A stretch of DNA of 64,000 nucleotides from Fimbriosthenelais zetlandica. Its lineage: Eukaryota. Where the stretch lies: positions 21,638,001 through 21,702,000 of the forward strand of contig OZ365116.1 of NCBI GenBank assembly GCA_977030845.1, written 5' to 3'. The position numbers and the translations under genes were made by a program. Positions 34,661-46,900 of this stretch are shown one piece after another; position 1 is the stretch's first letter, and every line of letters starts with the position of its first letter. The notes under the pieces are model-generated. The model searched no databases and was not told where the DNA came from. It saw only the letters and a list, made by a program, of their open reading frames with translations.

Positions 34661-37600
34661 GTCATTATTCAGGCTAAGTGCCCTTCTATTGTGAAGGAAG
34701 ATCAAGGCGGGGGTAAACTTTCAACGGTCCCTGCTGGAGATCACTTACGTGTGGTGGACTGGTTTGGGAATCTGATGGAAAAGTGTCAAATCATCCTAGT
34801 GGGGGTATGTGGCACTCACTGGTCATATACAGAGTTACTGATCATCCTGAATAATTTCCTGAAAGTATTTGATGGCTACTTTGAGTCATTGTTATTGAAA
34901 TGTCTTTATCATTGATCTAGGCCGATGACTCAAACTGAAATAATTTCAGATTAATTTATGGAATTAAGGGGCCTCACCCTAATGATTTTTAGTCATGACA
35001 GTCTGTTAAATTCGTGCACAAAAGTGCATAGTAGCCTCCTTAACATATTCCCACATATTCTTAAAATGTGTGTAGGGCCTAGCTTATTTGCACCTGCAAG
35101 GAAAATAGCGAAAATAAATCATATTAGGAAGGGCAAGTGTAGTAGGGGTGTAGATTTGGGGTTGGAATTATCACCCTGAAGTCTAATCCATGCTAGAGAT
35201 GGCAGGAACCTGTGTGGGCAGGTCACCATTAGCACAGGTCATAAAGGTATAAAGTTTGCCCTTGGGGCTGACCCTGGGTGCAGCAGAGCGATAATGGGGG
35301 AGTTTAGATGGTGAACGATAGTAATGAGCATTATTTGTTGGTGTAATGAAGACAGACATGGTGGTCCCCATTCTCCGGGGTTTCATGTCGAGGAAACCTG
35401 GATAAGTCATCATGCATCCCAGTTATTATAATATCTTTATGATACTTGCCTGGATTGCTGGGTTGGCTTGGCTGGCTGGGGTTAGTGCCAAGGCAAAGTT
35501 AGGCCTATGACATCCCCTTCTGTGGTGTCATATAAAAGTGTCATTTCGTTCGTCAACTACAAATTCTCCATTAATTTTTCAATCTCCACATAAGGGGACA
35601 CACTTGGTCTTTGAACAAGCCGTTAACGAATTATGGACTAATTTGATTGAGAATTGATGCAACAAAGAAATAATTTTTCTTCGCGATCAATAGACCTATG
35701 ATTTCGATTCATTTAAGAATTTTATCTGTGGTAGAAAGCCGTTTGGCGTGAACATGGGATTTCAACGATTTCCCCCTTCTCTTGCATGAGAGGAACAAAA
35801 GTTATGGTACAAAGGTATTTCTGATATGCCAATGGGTGAGGCCAAACACTTCATGTTTAGACTGTCTATGATGACAGCAGATGTGACACCACAGAAGCCG
35901 TCAGCGTTTAATAACTCATGTTAAGACCAGTTATCCACATTTAAATTTAACCCCAATTAATGTTGAACGTCAGAAGGACGCTGATGCTCTATGGAAATCA
36001 GTCGCACCATGCCAATCAGAGCAGGCTGGGCGTGGTCCCATGATGAAGGGGTGTGACTGGGCATTTACCTTTTATGTCACACTTTTTCTTGGAAAAAAGT
36101 GTAAAAATGTCTAAAAGTGCATGGACGTATAAGTGGCATCAAAGACAGTGGCTGCTTAACTAGTGAGACCGCCCACAGCTGGCGCGAAATTGTCTTGTAA
36201 TGAAAGGACTAAATGTCATGCGACATGGCCAATCGTCATGGAGAAAAGACCATGCCAGGCTGAACATGAGGTCTCACTGCAGCCTCCTAATGTCATAAAA
36301 GATCATTGAACTGACATATCCCATTACAGGCACCCATTGCATCAGAGTTAGGCCATTCCCGTTAGGTAAGACCTCCATGCTTCTATTCAAACATGCGATG
36401 CTTCCAATTTTGAAATGCTCGTTGCTTTTGGAAAGAAAGGTCTTGAATTTGGATGAGAAGACTGTTTTCTGATCAGAGAACATTCATTTGTTCCCAAAGT
36501 TCTTTGTTCTTCACCATCAAAGCTCCACAATAAAGGACAATGAATGCAAAGAAATTAAATCCATGCTTTACAATAATACTAGTGAAGAACCTTCAGTGCA
36601 TTCATCTATTTATATTTGGTCTTGGATTAAGTTTTATTTTACTAAATGTGAGTTCCCCTTCTGAGATCTTGCTTTGACAATATAGTGAGATAAAGGTGAT
36701 GCTTGTGTCGCATTGGTGTCGCAAGTCAAATCTCAGTAGTGAAGTACGGCATTAAATTATTTATGTGACAAGTACGTATCATTCATATTTGCCCCAAGAA
36801 ATGACAGCCTTGTAGGCCATGAACAGTAACTGTAAAACACCATGGCTTCCCTCTAAGTCCACAAGGTCATCAGATAAGGGCTGTAGGTAAGATTGACCTC
36901 TTATCTGTGAGCACCTTAAAGGTGTGACCCCATATCATACATGGACTCTTTCTGACAGCATGCAAAACATAGGCCATAAGGCTTAAATTGCCTTCCCATA
37001 TACCACCCAGATGCAAGCCTGCATTGGACAATGTATACATATATATTGAAGTCCCTAAAGCTATTTGTCCTTTGCCTCATGTGCGATGTTGGTTTTCAAT
37101 AAAGCCTTAAGGGCACAGGAGTCGTTTTATGATAGGGGAAAAGTATGTGTAACCTCTGGGGGGAGGGGGAGGAAAGGTGAAGGGTGAGGGCGGGAGGAAG
37201 GGGGTGGAGGCACTTACAATGCTTTCATATATAGGGCAGCTACAGCCTATATAGAACTTCTATGGTCTTGATTTGCCTTGTTTGGGGAACGCATCATGTG
37301 CTTGGTTTAGCTTGCATGTTTTTAAGTAATTTCCCTCCACTTGAAGACGGTGACTATTGTAGGCCACCCAGGGCGCTAAAGATGACAAATAGGTGAAGGA
37401 GATTCAGGTGCTGACAGAGTGGTGTGGGGTGCAAGTCATAGTGCTAGAGATAGAGAGTTAGACGGGCATTGGTTTGACTCCTCATATAGGAAAGAAATGA
37501 GTGGGAATCATAAGAGCCATGTCGTCTGTCTCTTACTTATGACTACAAATTGTAGCTGTCGTTAGTGTCTCTGGCTGATACATCACCTCCCTAATTATAC

Positions 37601-40201
37601 CAGGGTGGTCATGTCACTCACAAAGCGCACCCGACCTTTTTTACCGCACAACTCTCCCGGCATACTGTATGTGTGTATACTACTTATATACACCCACTCT
37701 CTAAAATGGGAGCATGATGCTGTAAAATACCACACAAACCAATGCCTTTTTGGCTAATAAATGGATGCGCTCGGTTGAATCTAACAATGAATATCTTGTT
37801 CGGCAATTATCTCCAAAACTTAGACCTCCCCTCTGCTGTTTGGGGGACTACAAAGCTTCTCGCGATAGGCCGCGTGTCAGTGCGCGCCATTTACCGCACT
37901 GTAGACGCGCTTCAGCGACGCTACAAATTGTTCAGGTGCGCAAGTTTAGTTGAAGACGATGGTGGGGGCCGGAGTCGTAATGACAAAATGAGACTAGCGA
38001 CGAAATGACTTCATCAAACACGTGCAGGGGAGGCTAGCCCCCACCGCCACGGCCTTTATAATTATAAAGCATCACGGGTGTCAGTACCAATAAGTTAGGA
38101 TATGGATGTGTGGGAACGCTGTATAGGTAAGGCAATGTGAAGGGGTGTATATATTGTATGTAAGGGACATGATAGTACAATGGTACAGGAAGGAGGTGCT
38201 TTACGTATGAGGATGGGTGGAGATTGGGGGCCAGATGGTGAGAGGAGAGGGCGGCTACATCCCACAATGACAGATTTGTGTGCCATGGATATGAAGCTAC
38301 CCTATCATTGAAGTCCATTCCCCGAATAAAAGAATCCAATTGTCCGTGTTCAATTGACGGACATGACTAATAAATCATGTATTGAGATCATGTATTCTAA
38401 TAGCAATCAAACACATACCTGTACATCTCAATGTCATATATGCTTGAACCACCCAGAATATAGCGGCATAATGTGTTTACAATTATACCATTTATTGCTA
38501 CCACACACTGAGAGTACACCTTTAGTTCTAGGTTTTTTTGTTGAACACAAAGCCTGCAAAGTGGTATTAAATCAAAAAAGTTTTTTTCTAAGGATACAAT
38601 AGAAACAAAATATGTGTTTAGTTATATAGTCAATCTCATAAAGAAATCCCAGCTGGTGGATTTATTTAGGTGTCACTGAAGATATTTTATGAGGAACAAT
38701 TAGTGAACCAGGTATGGAAAGATCTGTTCATTCTTTATTGCCGTTTTATAATATTGCAGTAGTTTTAATTATGAATAACGATTGGGGAAAACGAGCTGTT
38801 TTTGCGTTAGAAAACAGGAAATTCGGATGAAAATTTAACTGGAGAAAGATTTGTTTCATTGCTGCACTGAGTGGCCGCGTTGTGGTGATATTGAGAACTA
38901 ACTTATAGCTTTCTCTACAAGTTGTCTGTACAAAGGAGCGTACTTAGAACAGAAAATGATAATTTATAGAAATGGTTAGTGAGGAGAAGGTGTGTATCAT
39001 TGAAAGTATCATCTTTGTCCCATACATTCCCTGAGATCGCAGCTGTTGATAAAACACCTTTGTTCACAGATAATTGTATACTTGTGTCTCTTCCCATAGA
39101 AGCTGCATCTCCACCCTCACCTCTAATCAGACCAATCAAATGGAAATTGCGCTCTCTCTATGTCCTAACAATTAGAGGGATTCAGAGGGAGGACATCAAA
39201 TGCTACCAAAAACTATAATTTTTACCTTGTGCGGTTAAAGTGATTCCTTCACTGTGTAGCAGATGCCCCTCCAATGTCCCAGTGCGTTGACTTGGAATAG
39301 ATTCTTCCTTCCATTTAAACATCCCTTTGAAGATTGGGAAGTCTTTGATTACTGAGATTTTCAATAGTTTTTCTAGAAGAAAGAGTTATTGCCAGATGAG
39401 CGAAGGGCCTCAATATAATTTACCTAGCGTATTAAACACTCGACCTATAGACCAATTGATATATTAGTTTAAGTCTTATACACTAGGGGGCAGTTGGAAC
39501 CCGCGAGGTGTCTATCTCAGTGTAACTTATACCATAGAACTTCTATGCTTATACTCTGTATAGTCCAAGCGAACTACTTCCACTAAAGATTATTTTGGTA
39601 TTATTTAGATAATTAAATGTGAGTCATTGCCAAATAGTCGCAAAGATTTTCAATAGACACAAGTTTGACTTCCGTTCCTATTATTGCAAAATGTATGCTT
39701 GGTTACCAAGAAATGGCGTAAAAAGCCATCTAGAAATAGATACATTACGTCATGATATTTCTAGCTTTTACTCGTTCGCAGAAAAGAAAGACATGCCAAG
39801 AACTAATGGTTCCACTATATACGCATTACTTAACATCGGTGTTCCTCCATGGCAGCCACCGCAATGAGTCACTGTCTGACAAAGGTGTTACCTAACTAAG
39901 GCTAGCTAAAATATTAAGTCTAAAAAAAATCTCTATGGGAAAACCATTGCTTTGAATAGAAAATCCTACTTTTTCTTTTATATTTGTTTATGCAGTGGGT
40001 GAGTGTGAAAACTGACCGTTGTAGTTTTAGCCGAGGTCCAGACAGAGCTCAGGTTAGTTTTTGGCAGTGCCTTATGTATCATGCCACGATGCACTGCTGG
40101 TGTCCCATAACATGTCAATCTAATTCACATTGAGTTGAGGGGTAACATTGGAGGGCTTTTCTTGCTGCCTGAGAGCTGTCATTGGGTGTACCTTACCATG
40201 A

Positions 40202-40720
40202 TTAATGTACCTTTAGGTGTAGTCTTTCCCTGGTCCAGGCAGGGAGCCTCATGGCCGCCATACGCTGCCCACTATGCCAAGACCATTGACTCTCCACTAT
40301 CAAACGGACAAGGCTGAAGTTTCTTTTCAGCTGGCTGGGCCAAAAAATGAACAAGTGACGAAAGGGAGTGAGAGACAATGGGCCTTGCTGACCGGGAGTG
40401 AATAGGGGTTCATTGCTGCATATGGTGGGACGAATGAGAGCATTGTTTGGTGGGGTCTTATGGCAAGGCTCAGTGGCCTCATGTGAAAAAAAGGTGAGAG
40501 GGCCTTGGTCCAAGGGCCGGTCAGGAATGCCCGCAAGAGTGAACTGGAGAACATTGCACCCCTCTTATACTTGGACGCTGTCCACTCCAGTTAGATGTGA
40601 ACCGGGCAGTGGTCCAACACCTGTGTCCTGGCTTGACCATCCTGCCCCGAGACGGATGTGGGACAACTTGGGGATTTGTCAGAACTTGACATACCACCTG
40701 GCCTGAAAAACTCCTCAAAT
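40202..40720 (-). mobile_element. Decayed DIRS/Ngaro-type tyrosine recombinase fragment (pseudogene)
   Basis: FFRPG (compare FLRxGE), then after one frameshift a single frame with two stops: HLTGVDSV..LQFTL..RPLDQG..LIRP..EPLF..GPLSL..F..NFS..MRLPAW. The motif order matches recalled YR consensus (HLT..D / KTDPF.QG / RP..PLF / PLT..F / HSFR / GxW). The catalytic HxxR and Tyr are not intact. Confidence 0.45.
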
Positions 40721-40807
40721 GTTAAAATTTGTTTCATGTCCAAATTAAACAAAGGAGATGTCCGGTATATTCAGGTTGAGGATGGCCTATACAAGTGACT
40801 GGTCTGG

Positions 40808-40935
40808 AACAGATCCAGGATTTTGAATGTGCGGGGGGCGGGGAGTAAAATCTCAAATCTCTATTTACTATTTGAGCGACTAAAACATCTCCCATGAGGG
40901 GTGGGGTCCTGATCCCCTGGACCCGCTTATCATAT
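40808..40935. mobile_element. Remnant of a short non-autonomous element of the GGATCCAG..GGGG..GACCCCTGGACCC type
   Basis: cagatccaggatttt..gggggg at the left end and ggggtcctgatcccctggaccc at the right end. Related ends are at 11841-11873 (aacccacccc..gatctgc..ccctg) and 46205-46246 (aacccacccc..cctggatccgcccttg). Family name not determined. Confidence 0.4.
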
Positions 40936-43900
40936 GCCTGTGTATCGTGAATGATGACGATTCTGCTTGTAGAATGCTGTAGAGGTTAGTTTGAGAAATA
41001 TAAGAGTTTTTGGTGTGGGAGTGTATCGTCAGTGAGCCATGACCACCCTTCACCATGTCTGGCACTAGTAGAGAGCCTGGTCAACGCCCGACACTAATTA
41101 GAAGCTGGCCGCCATGCCCACCTCAATAGCCGCCATTTTGTTCCAATTGCCTCAGCTCTATAGACACACCTGGCGGCCATTGTTTGTGGTGACGTTAAGC
41201 TACCTGTTTGTTTTATAGTCAGGGACTTTCTCCCTCGCTTCTTGATGGCTGATGACGTCTAGTGAACTGGCCATTGTGACGTGGTGGTGGCCGGGCACGT
41301 CTGGGGTTATGGGGTATTTGACCTGCCTTTACAGGCAGATGGAGGCAGTGACATTAATTATCAATGAATGACGTAGTAATGAAATGTCCACTGACACCCG
41401 TTACTTTTTTGCCCTCTACTCTTGGTTTCGATTTCCTTCTTGACCGCAACTCATCCCCGATGCTCAGATTTTCTAACCAGTGGCTACTATCAATACCTTT
41501 TACAATCCCGGATATGTTTCCCTGGACTATTTAGTCCTCTGTACCTTCTGTCGTTGTGTTTTTATTTTGGTTTTGTTTCAACATTTTTCTTGCGAATCTC
41601 CCTGAGCCATTGAGTCAACACATCAGTTTATCATTGTTCATCAATGTACAAGGCAAATGTTAATGTCCGTTTTATTGGATACTCCCCCAAACCAAACCTT
41701 TAGCTCGAATTTTTGTGATGTTTGCCCTGGACCTTCTGGCCATCCATCACTCCTGTGTCTTTTACAGACTTCACGAATAAACACCTTGAGGATACTAGCT
41801 GGTGTGGATATGGTATGGCTGGCCGGGCAGGGTGAAGATAATGGCCGGCCATTTTAATGAATAATTAGGGGAAAACTGGCGGTCAAAGGTCCATAAATCA
41901 CCAGCCTGGCCAGGAACAACACAGGCAGGAGTAACGGTATCTCCAGACGCCGTCACTGATTGGTCAGTCACCTGTCACATGACCATTGCTAACCAGCCAT
42001 TCTAATACACTCCCTCCAGCTCTATGTCAGCATGGCTGTTCCCTCAGAGGGGATCAGGTTGCAGCACCCCGCCTTTGAAGGTCATCCGCCAAACAAATTA
42101 TGTTTGTAGGTCTTTGTCTGATTGTCCGCCCTGCGAACAGCCCTTAAGGATGAACCAGAAGATGCAATTAATGACCCTGCGTCCTTAACTGCCGACACAG
42201 CGAGCATCGAGTTACGGGTGGGTAACAATGTTTGAGGGCTCGGCAGGGCATTGACACTTCCGGCGGGCTTTGAAGCGACAGGGCAATATGGCGTTTACCT
42301 TGACCAATAATAGAAGGAAAGCGATTTAAGCAGATGGCTGAACACCAATGTAATAATCAGCCTGGAATGAGGAGAGGGGCGCGAGCTACAAGGAATTTGT
42401 GTGTAATTCGATCCGTCAAGGAATAATTTCTAGTCAGCATAGCATTGATGAGACTGGAACGGGGGATACATCAATAGATGTGAATGGTATAAAACCTTCG
42501 TAGGAAATATGATGGTTATTACTTCCAAGTAACATTATTTTCGTCGTAAAAGGACTCATAGTTTGAAAAGATATAAAAATGTTCCTCGTGCAGTCTTGTT
42601 TTCATCAATTGACTAAGTCTCCCCAGCACAAAAAATTTTGTGAGACTAATTATGATGAAAAATAAGCTACAGGATGCACCAAGGGTGTGTTGTATATATA
42701 AGGATGAAAAGCCTGCTCCTCTTGGCAGGAGATTGGTAATCCCCCACCCCAAAAATGAACCGAAATTTGGCAAGTAATGTAGATGACTGTAATGCCATGG
42801 TCTGTATGTTGCCTACAGTAGCACGCACTCCTGTTGTGGCTGACTTTTTCACCAGCCAGTGGTCAATGCGGCCATCAAATGGTTGTAAAATATGATACTT
42901 TTGTTGGGACCATAAATTTACGGGTCCTTGCATGCATGGAGAAGGTTCAATTGGGACAAGGTGGTTTTTGTGTGGCCCTTTGAAAGTGGGAAATTATTGA
43001 CCAACATTGATAGTAGGGTTCATGTGTACTTGAGATATTGACACTGATAAGGTGCAGTGTAAAACTCGCGCGTTTAACCCTGAGGTTTTTCCCTCTTTGT
43101 AGCCATTCATGCTAATCAGATTGTTGTTAATGAATTGTGGATAAATCCAGTACATTATCAATGCTTGGTTGGATACAGCACATACTAAAGAAGTCTTAAT
43201 ATTTCTTGCTGTTCAACCCTTGCAAATCTCTACTATGCCCGTTAATAATACGAAAATTTATTTCTAGTAATAATGTACTCCACAACCTACCTATAAAACA
43301 AGCTGCATTTTCTTCCATATAAGCCACATGTCTTAAACAGATATTGATGTATACTTTCCACATCCTCCTTAGAAAATGCCAACTGAATCATTTATGAACT
43401 ACTATATTATAATTGTACCCCATTCGTCACAGCTAAACCCAAAAATAAGGCCTGGGTTTAGGAACATTACAGACAAAGAAAATCAGCAAAGCAAGCCTGT
43501 TTGATCAGGTAGCATACTGCTTATTACGACCCCTAATGATGAACGGACCAACAGTCGCCACTGACATTTCCACCTTTTTCTTTCTACCATCACATGTGTG
43601 GGTAACAAAAGGCGCTGGCTGTGGGGCTGATTATGGGGCTAGTCTTCCAGCCATGGAGCCGTAATGTCCGAGACAATGGTCGTCATAAAGCTGCCATGAA
43701 TGGAAGCAGGCCAAGAGAGACCCCAACCAGAGCTATGGCCGTCACAGGCCACGGGTCAAGGCACAGGTCATTCAATCTAGCCTTGGCTTGATCTTCTAGC
43801 GTTGTTCTCAGCTTTAATGTATAGAAAAGCCATTAAAATGTCCAATCATTTTCTGTTAACTTAATACAGATTTATTGGTCATTAAGGACTTCATCCTGCA

Positions 43901-46613
43901 TAGATTTCATGCAGTGATGATAGTCATGATCTTTGAAATCTTTACTGTACAAGTTTGGCTTTAGGTTATGCTTGGCACTTTCCTGAAAAATGAAATCCAC
44001 TTAAGGCTTCCCAGGAAGTACATCCAGATGACAGGATGACTTCCAAGTCACCTAATTTTTCAGGGTAGTGGATCCAGGGGACGTTTCGCACCTGAATCTT
44101 TTATTCTACAGTAAACATGTACACCGAGTCTGCCTGTAAAGACATCATTATCTTGGTGGTCACATGCCCACCCTTCACATCAACACCAATGACGACTTCC
44201 ATGATCTTTTATACCTTGCTGGTGCACCGCCAAAGCTCGCCGACGGAAGGACGGCAAGCCAGGACAGAAAGTCCCTCGGCTCAGGTCACTGCCTATGCCA
44301 TGCGGAATGTTCGCCGTGGCGAGATTAACTTGTCAAAGGGCCAGGTTGACTTCAGGGGGTCAGAGAGTCCAGCCTGAGTCGCTGCCAGCTAATGTTAGGT
44401 GCATTTACCATCAGTGCGAGTTGCCTTCTTCTCAGGCTTTTGTATTATACCTCACAGTAGTCAGTATAAGTATGTGCCCCTTATAACTTCTGGAGGTCCT
44501 TAAGTACAAGGATCCAGTGTATAACTGAACGTATGCAGCACTCAGTGACTCCGGCAGGGGTACATAGGTGTAGAGTACTCAACCTTGAGGCTTTTTCGTC
44601 AGGATGCCAAGGTTTAGGATGATATTTCTATGTTTTGGCAAGAAAAGCTGCGACCTTTCTGTGAAGTCACGAACTTGTTATGTGTACTAATTATTATTCA
44701 CATCTAAGGTGGAAATTGCTTTACTGCCATATGAATATTACACATATTCCACTTTATAGTACGGGGATGTCCTTTTGACTAAGTTCACTGAATTGCCCCG
44801 AGATCCTGCTTGTACTTAGAACGTACCCATCACCTCGATCTCTATAGATATACACCAATGTCCTAGACCTCAGCCTTGAGACCTCAGCCTTCCCCCCTCC
44901 ACCCCAACTATGTTATTCTTTGCCTCTGGGTGACAAAAATGCAGAAATTGTTACATTTGCATTCCGTGTGTACATTCCACTTGTCATCTTTTCGATGGGA
45001 CCAAGCAATTGCACGTGCGTCTCTGACTACAGCAGGCCTGACGATCATATACAGTACCTGCCTGGGTAAACAGGGATCGCACCAAGACCAAGTCTGCTCA
45101 AACATTAGACTTTATGAAGGAGCAAGACTCCCATTTGAGAAGACTGACACCTGTACACACAACTTGTTATCGCGTTCGCAGGCTTGAGTATATATGTGAA
45201 GAGTGCATGTCACCTCTCTGTATGGCCGGGCCGTGGCTAGGCTAGGTCGATCTAACGGGGCTTCCTTCCATATTTCCCGTTAGCTTTCATGCTAGTTGTA
45301 AATAAGCTGCTGGCTGCTTTGCCTATCTGCTCTTTCATGTTCTATGGAGGGAGATCTCAAACTAAAAGCCCCTTCAAAGCCATCACATGCATCCTGTCTT
45401 TCTTCAACCGGAAGTACATAAACATGTAGTACAAATAGTACCCACATTGAGATGATTGGTTGCACCTATAAATGTCAAGGAAAGATAACAGAATGACCAC
45501 ACATACCCATTATTCCTACCAAGTGCAGGTCAAGAAATAGATGTAGAGAGTTAAGCACTCTATGCCATTAAAGCATTCCCTTCTCCCACCCAGGACCTTC
45601 CAAGGCGAGAGGTCAAAAGGGGCTCTACCCTGATTGTACATCACTGGAGGTTCTTCTAATTCATTCCCACCCTGCAGCATTCCCACCACTCCCCTTCTTT
45701 CACTATCCCCACCCACAGCGATAACCCGCCCTTGAGGCACGTCTCAATAATCTTGAAGACTTTCTTAAGTAACCTCAACATAGGCTAATAAAAACAAGAA
45801 ACTGTTTGCTCAGCTAGCTCGGCATTAATAGCCTCTAGCTCCTTACTAAATCCTCCCAGCCATTTGGCTCTGTATTTGTTGAAGACGTGGGAAAAGCGAT
45901 GTTGGTCTGCGGGACTGAGCGCTGGCATTAAGGATGGGGAGGGGCAGGAGGTTGAGAGGTGGCACAGAACACGGTTCTCCATTGTTATTTCTTTTCTCCT
46001 GATCAGGTATTCTCAAAGCTGGTGTATATTGCTAGCGGACTGGGATACCTCCATGTCAGGGTGAGTCGGTGCTTCCTTCCCTGTAATCAGTCTCCATTCT
46101 GTACGACCATATTCATCTGATAGATCAGGACTTTAATCATGTTCTGACTCTGATGATGATTTGAAAAAAGTTATGAATAAATATTTAAAGGAAAAATATT
46201 GAAGCGACCCAACCCACCCCTTAGGCAAAACCTGGATCCGCCCTTGACATGTAATGAATGGACTTTTGAGAGAGATTACTGTGACATTTCTGATCATTGA
46301 CTCATAATGCCTCTCACTATATTGTGCTATTGACAAGTCATGCCACAACAATGCTCTGGTTTTTCTGCCATACTTCATGTTTCACATAGCATTTGAACAA
46401 CGCAATAAGATTCACCAGAAGCTAGTCTTTAGACCAGGGAAATACAGTACCCAAGCATATAGCTGGGTATATATGAACATCAGTTTTTGGCTAGAGGTAC
46501 CCAGGAGTAGAGGGGTGTGGAGTTTCTTTAACCATTTCATGCTTTATGCTTTAAACCTTCAATCCTGAGTCACATTACCCTCTAACACCATCTCTAACAT
46601 CAACCGTCACAAA

Positions 46614-46900
46614 TTGGGAAAACATCAAACATTTTCTTCCAAAGATGACGATCCCCCGGACCCAATGCATGACATTAAATTGCCTCTCAAGCAAAAACCA
46701 ATTAATTGCATTATCAGAGCAATTGACTGTGAGAAGAGTAAAAACATTGAGGTAAAAGTTTGGTGGCCTTTGCTCATGTTTCTGGCAGTGATCAGTAGGT
46801 TGCAGCGCCTCACCATTGGCACCAGTCCACAACCTCCCACCCAGGACATTATGTGTGACCACTGTGGCAAATGTTAACCACGTCTTCTGACTGTCCACAG
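46614..46900 (+). mobile_element. Possible decayed L1/Tx1 ORF2 C-terminal zinc-binding (zf-RVT-like) fragment
   Basis: EVKVWWPLL..RLQRL..CDHCGK followed by frameshifted NHVF-DCP resembles KVK.FWWRLL..L..C..C..HLFWDCP. Heavily degenerate. Confidence 0.3.

Noticed and set aside
45785-45982. ORF with helical-looking KYRAKWLGGFSKELEAINAELAEQ
   Set aside because: No splice signals and no recognisable family.
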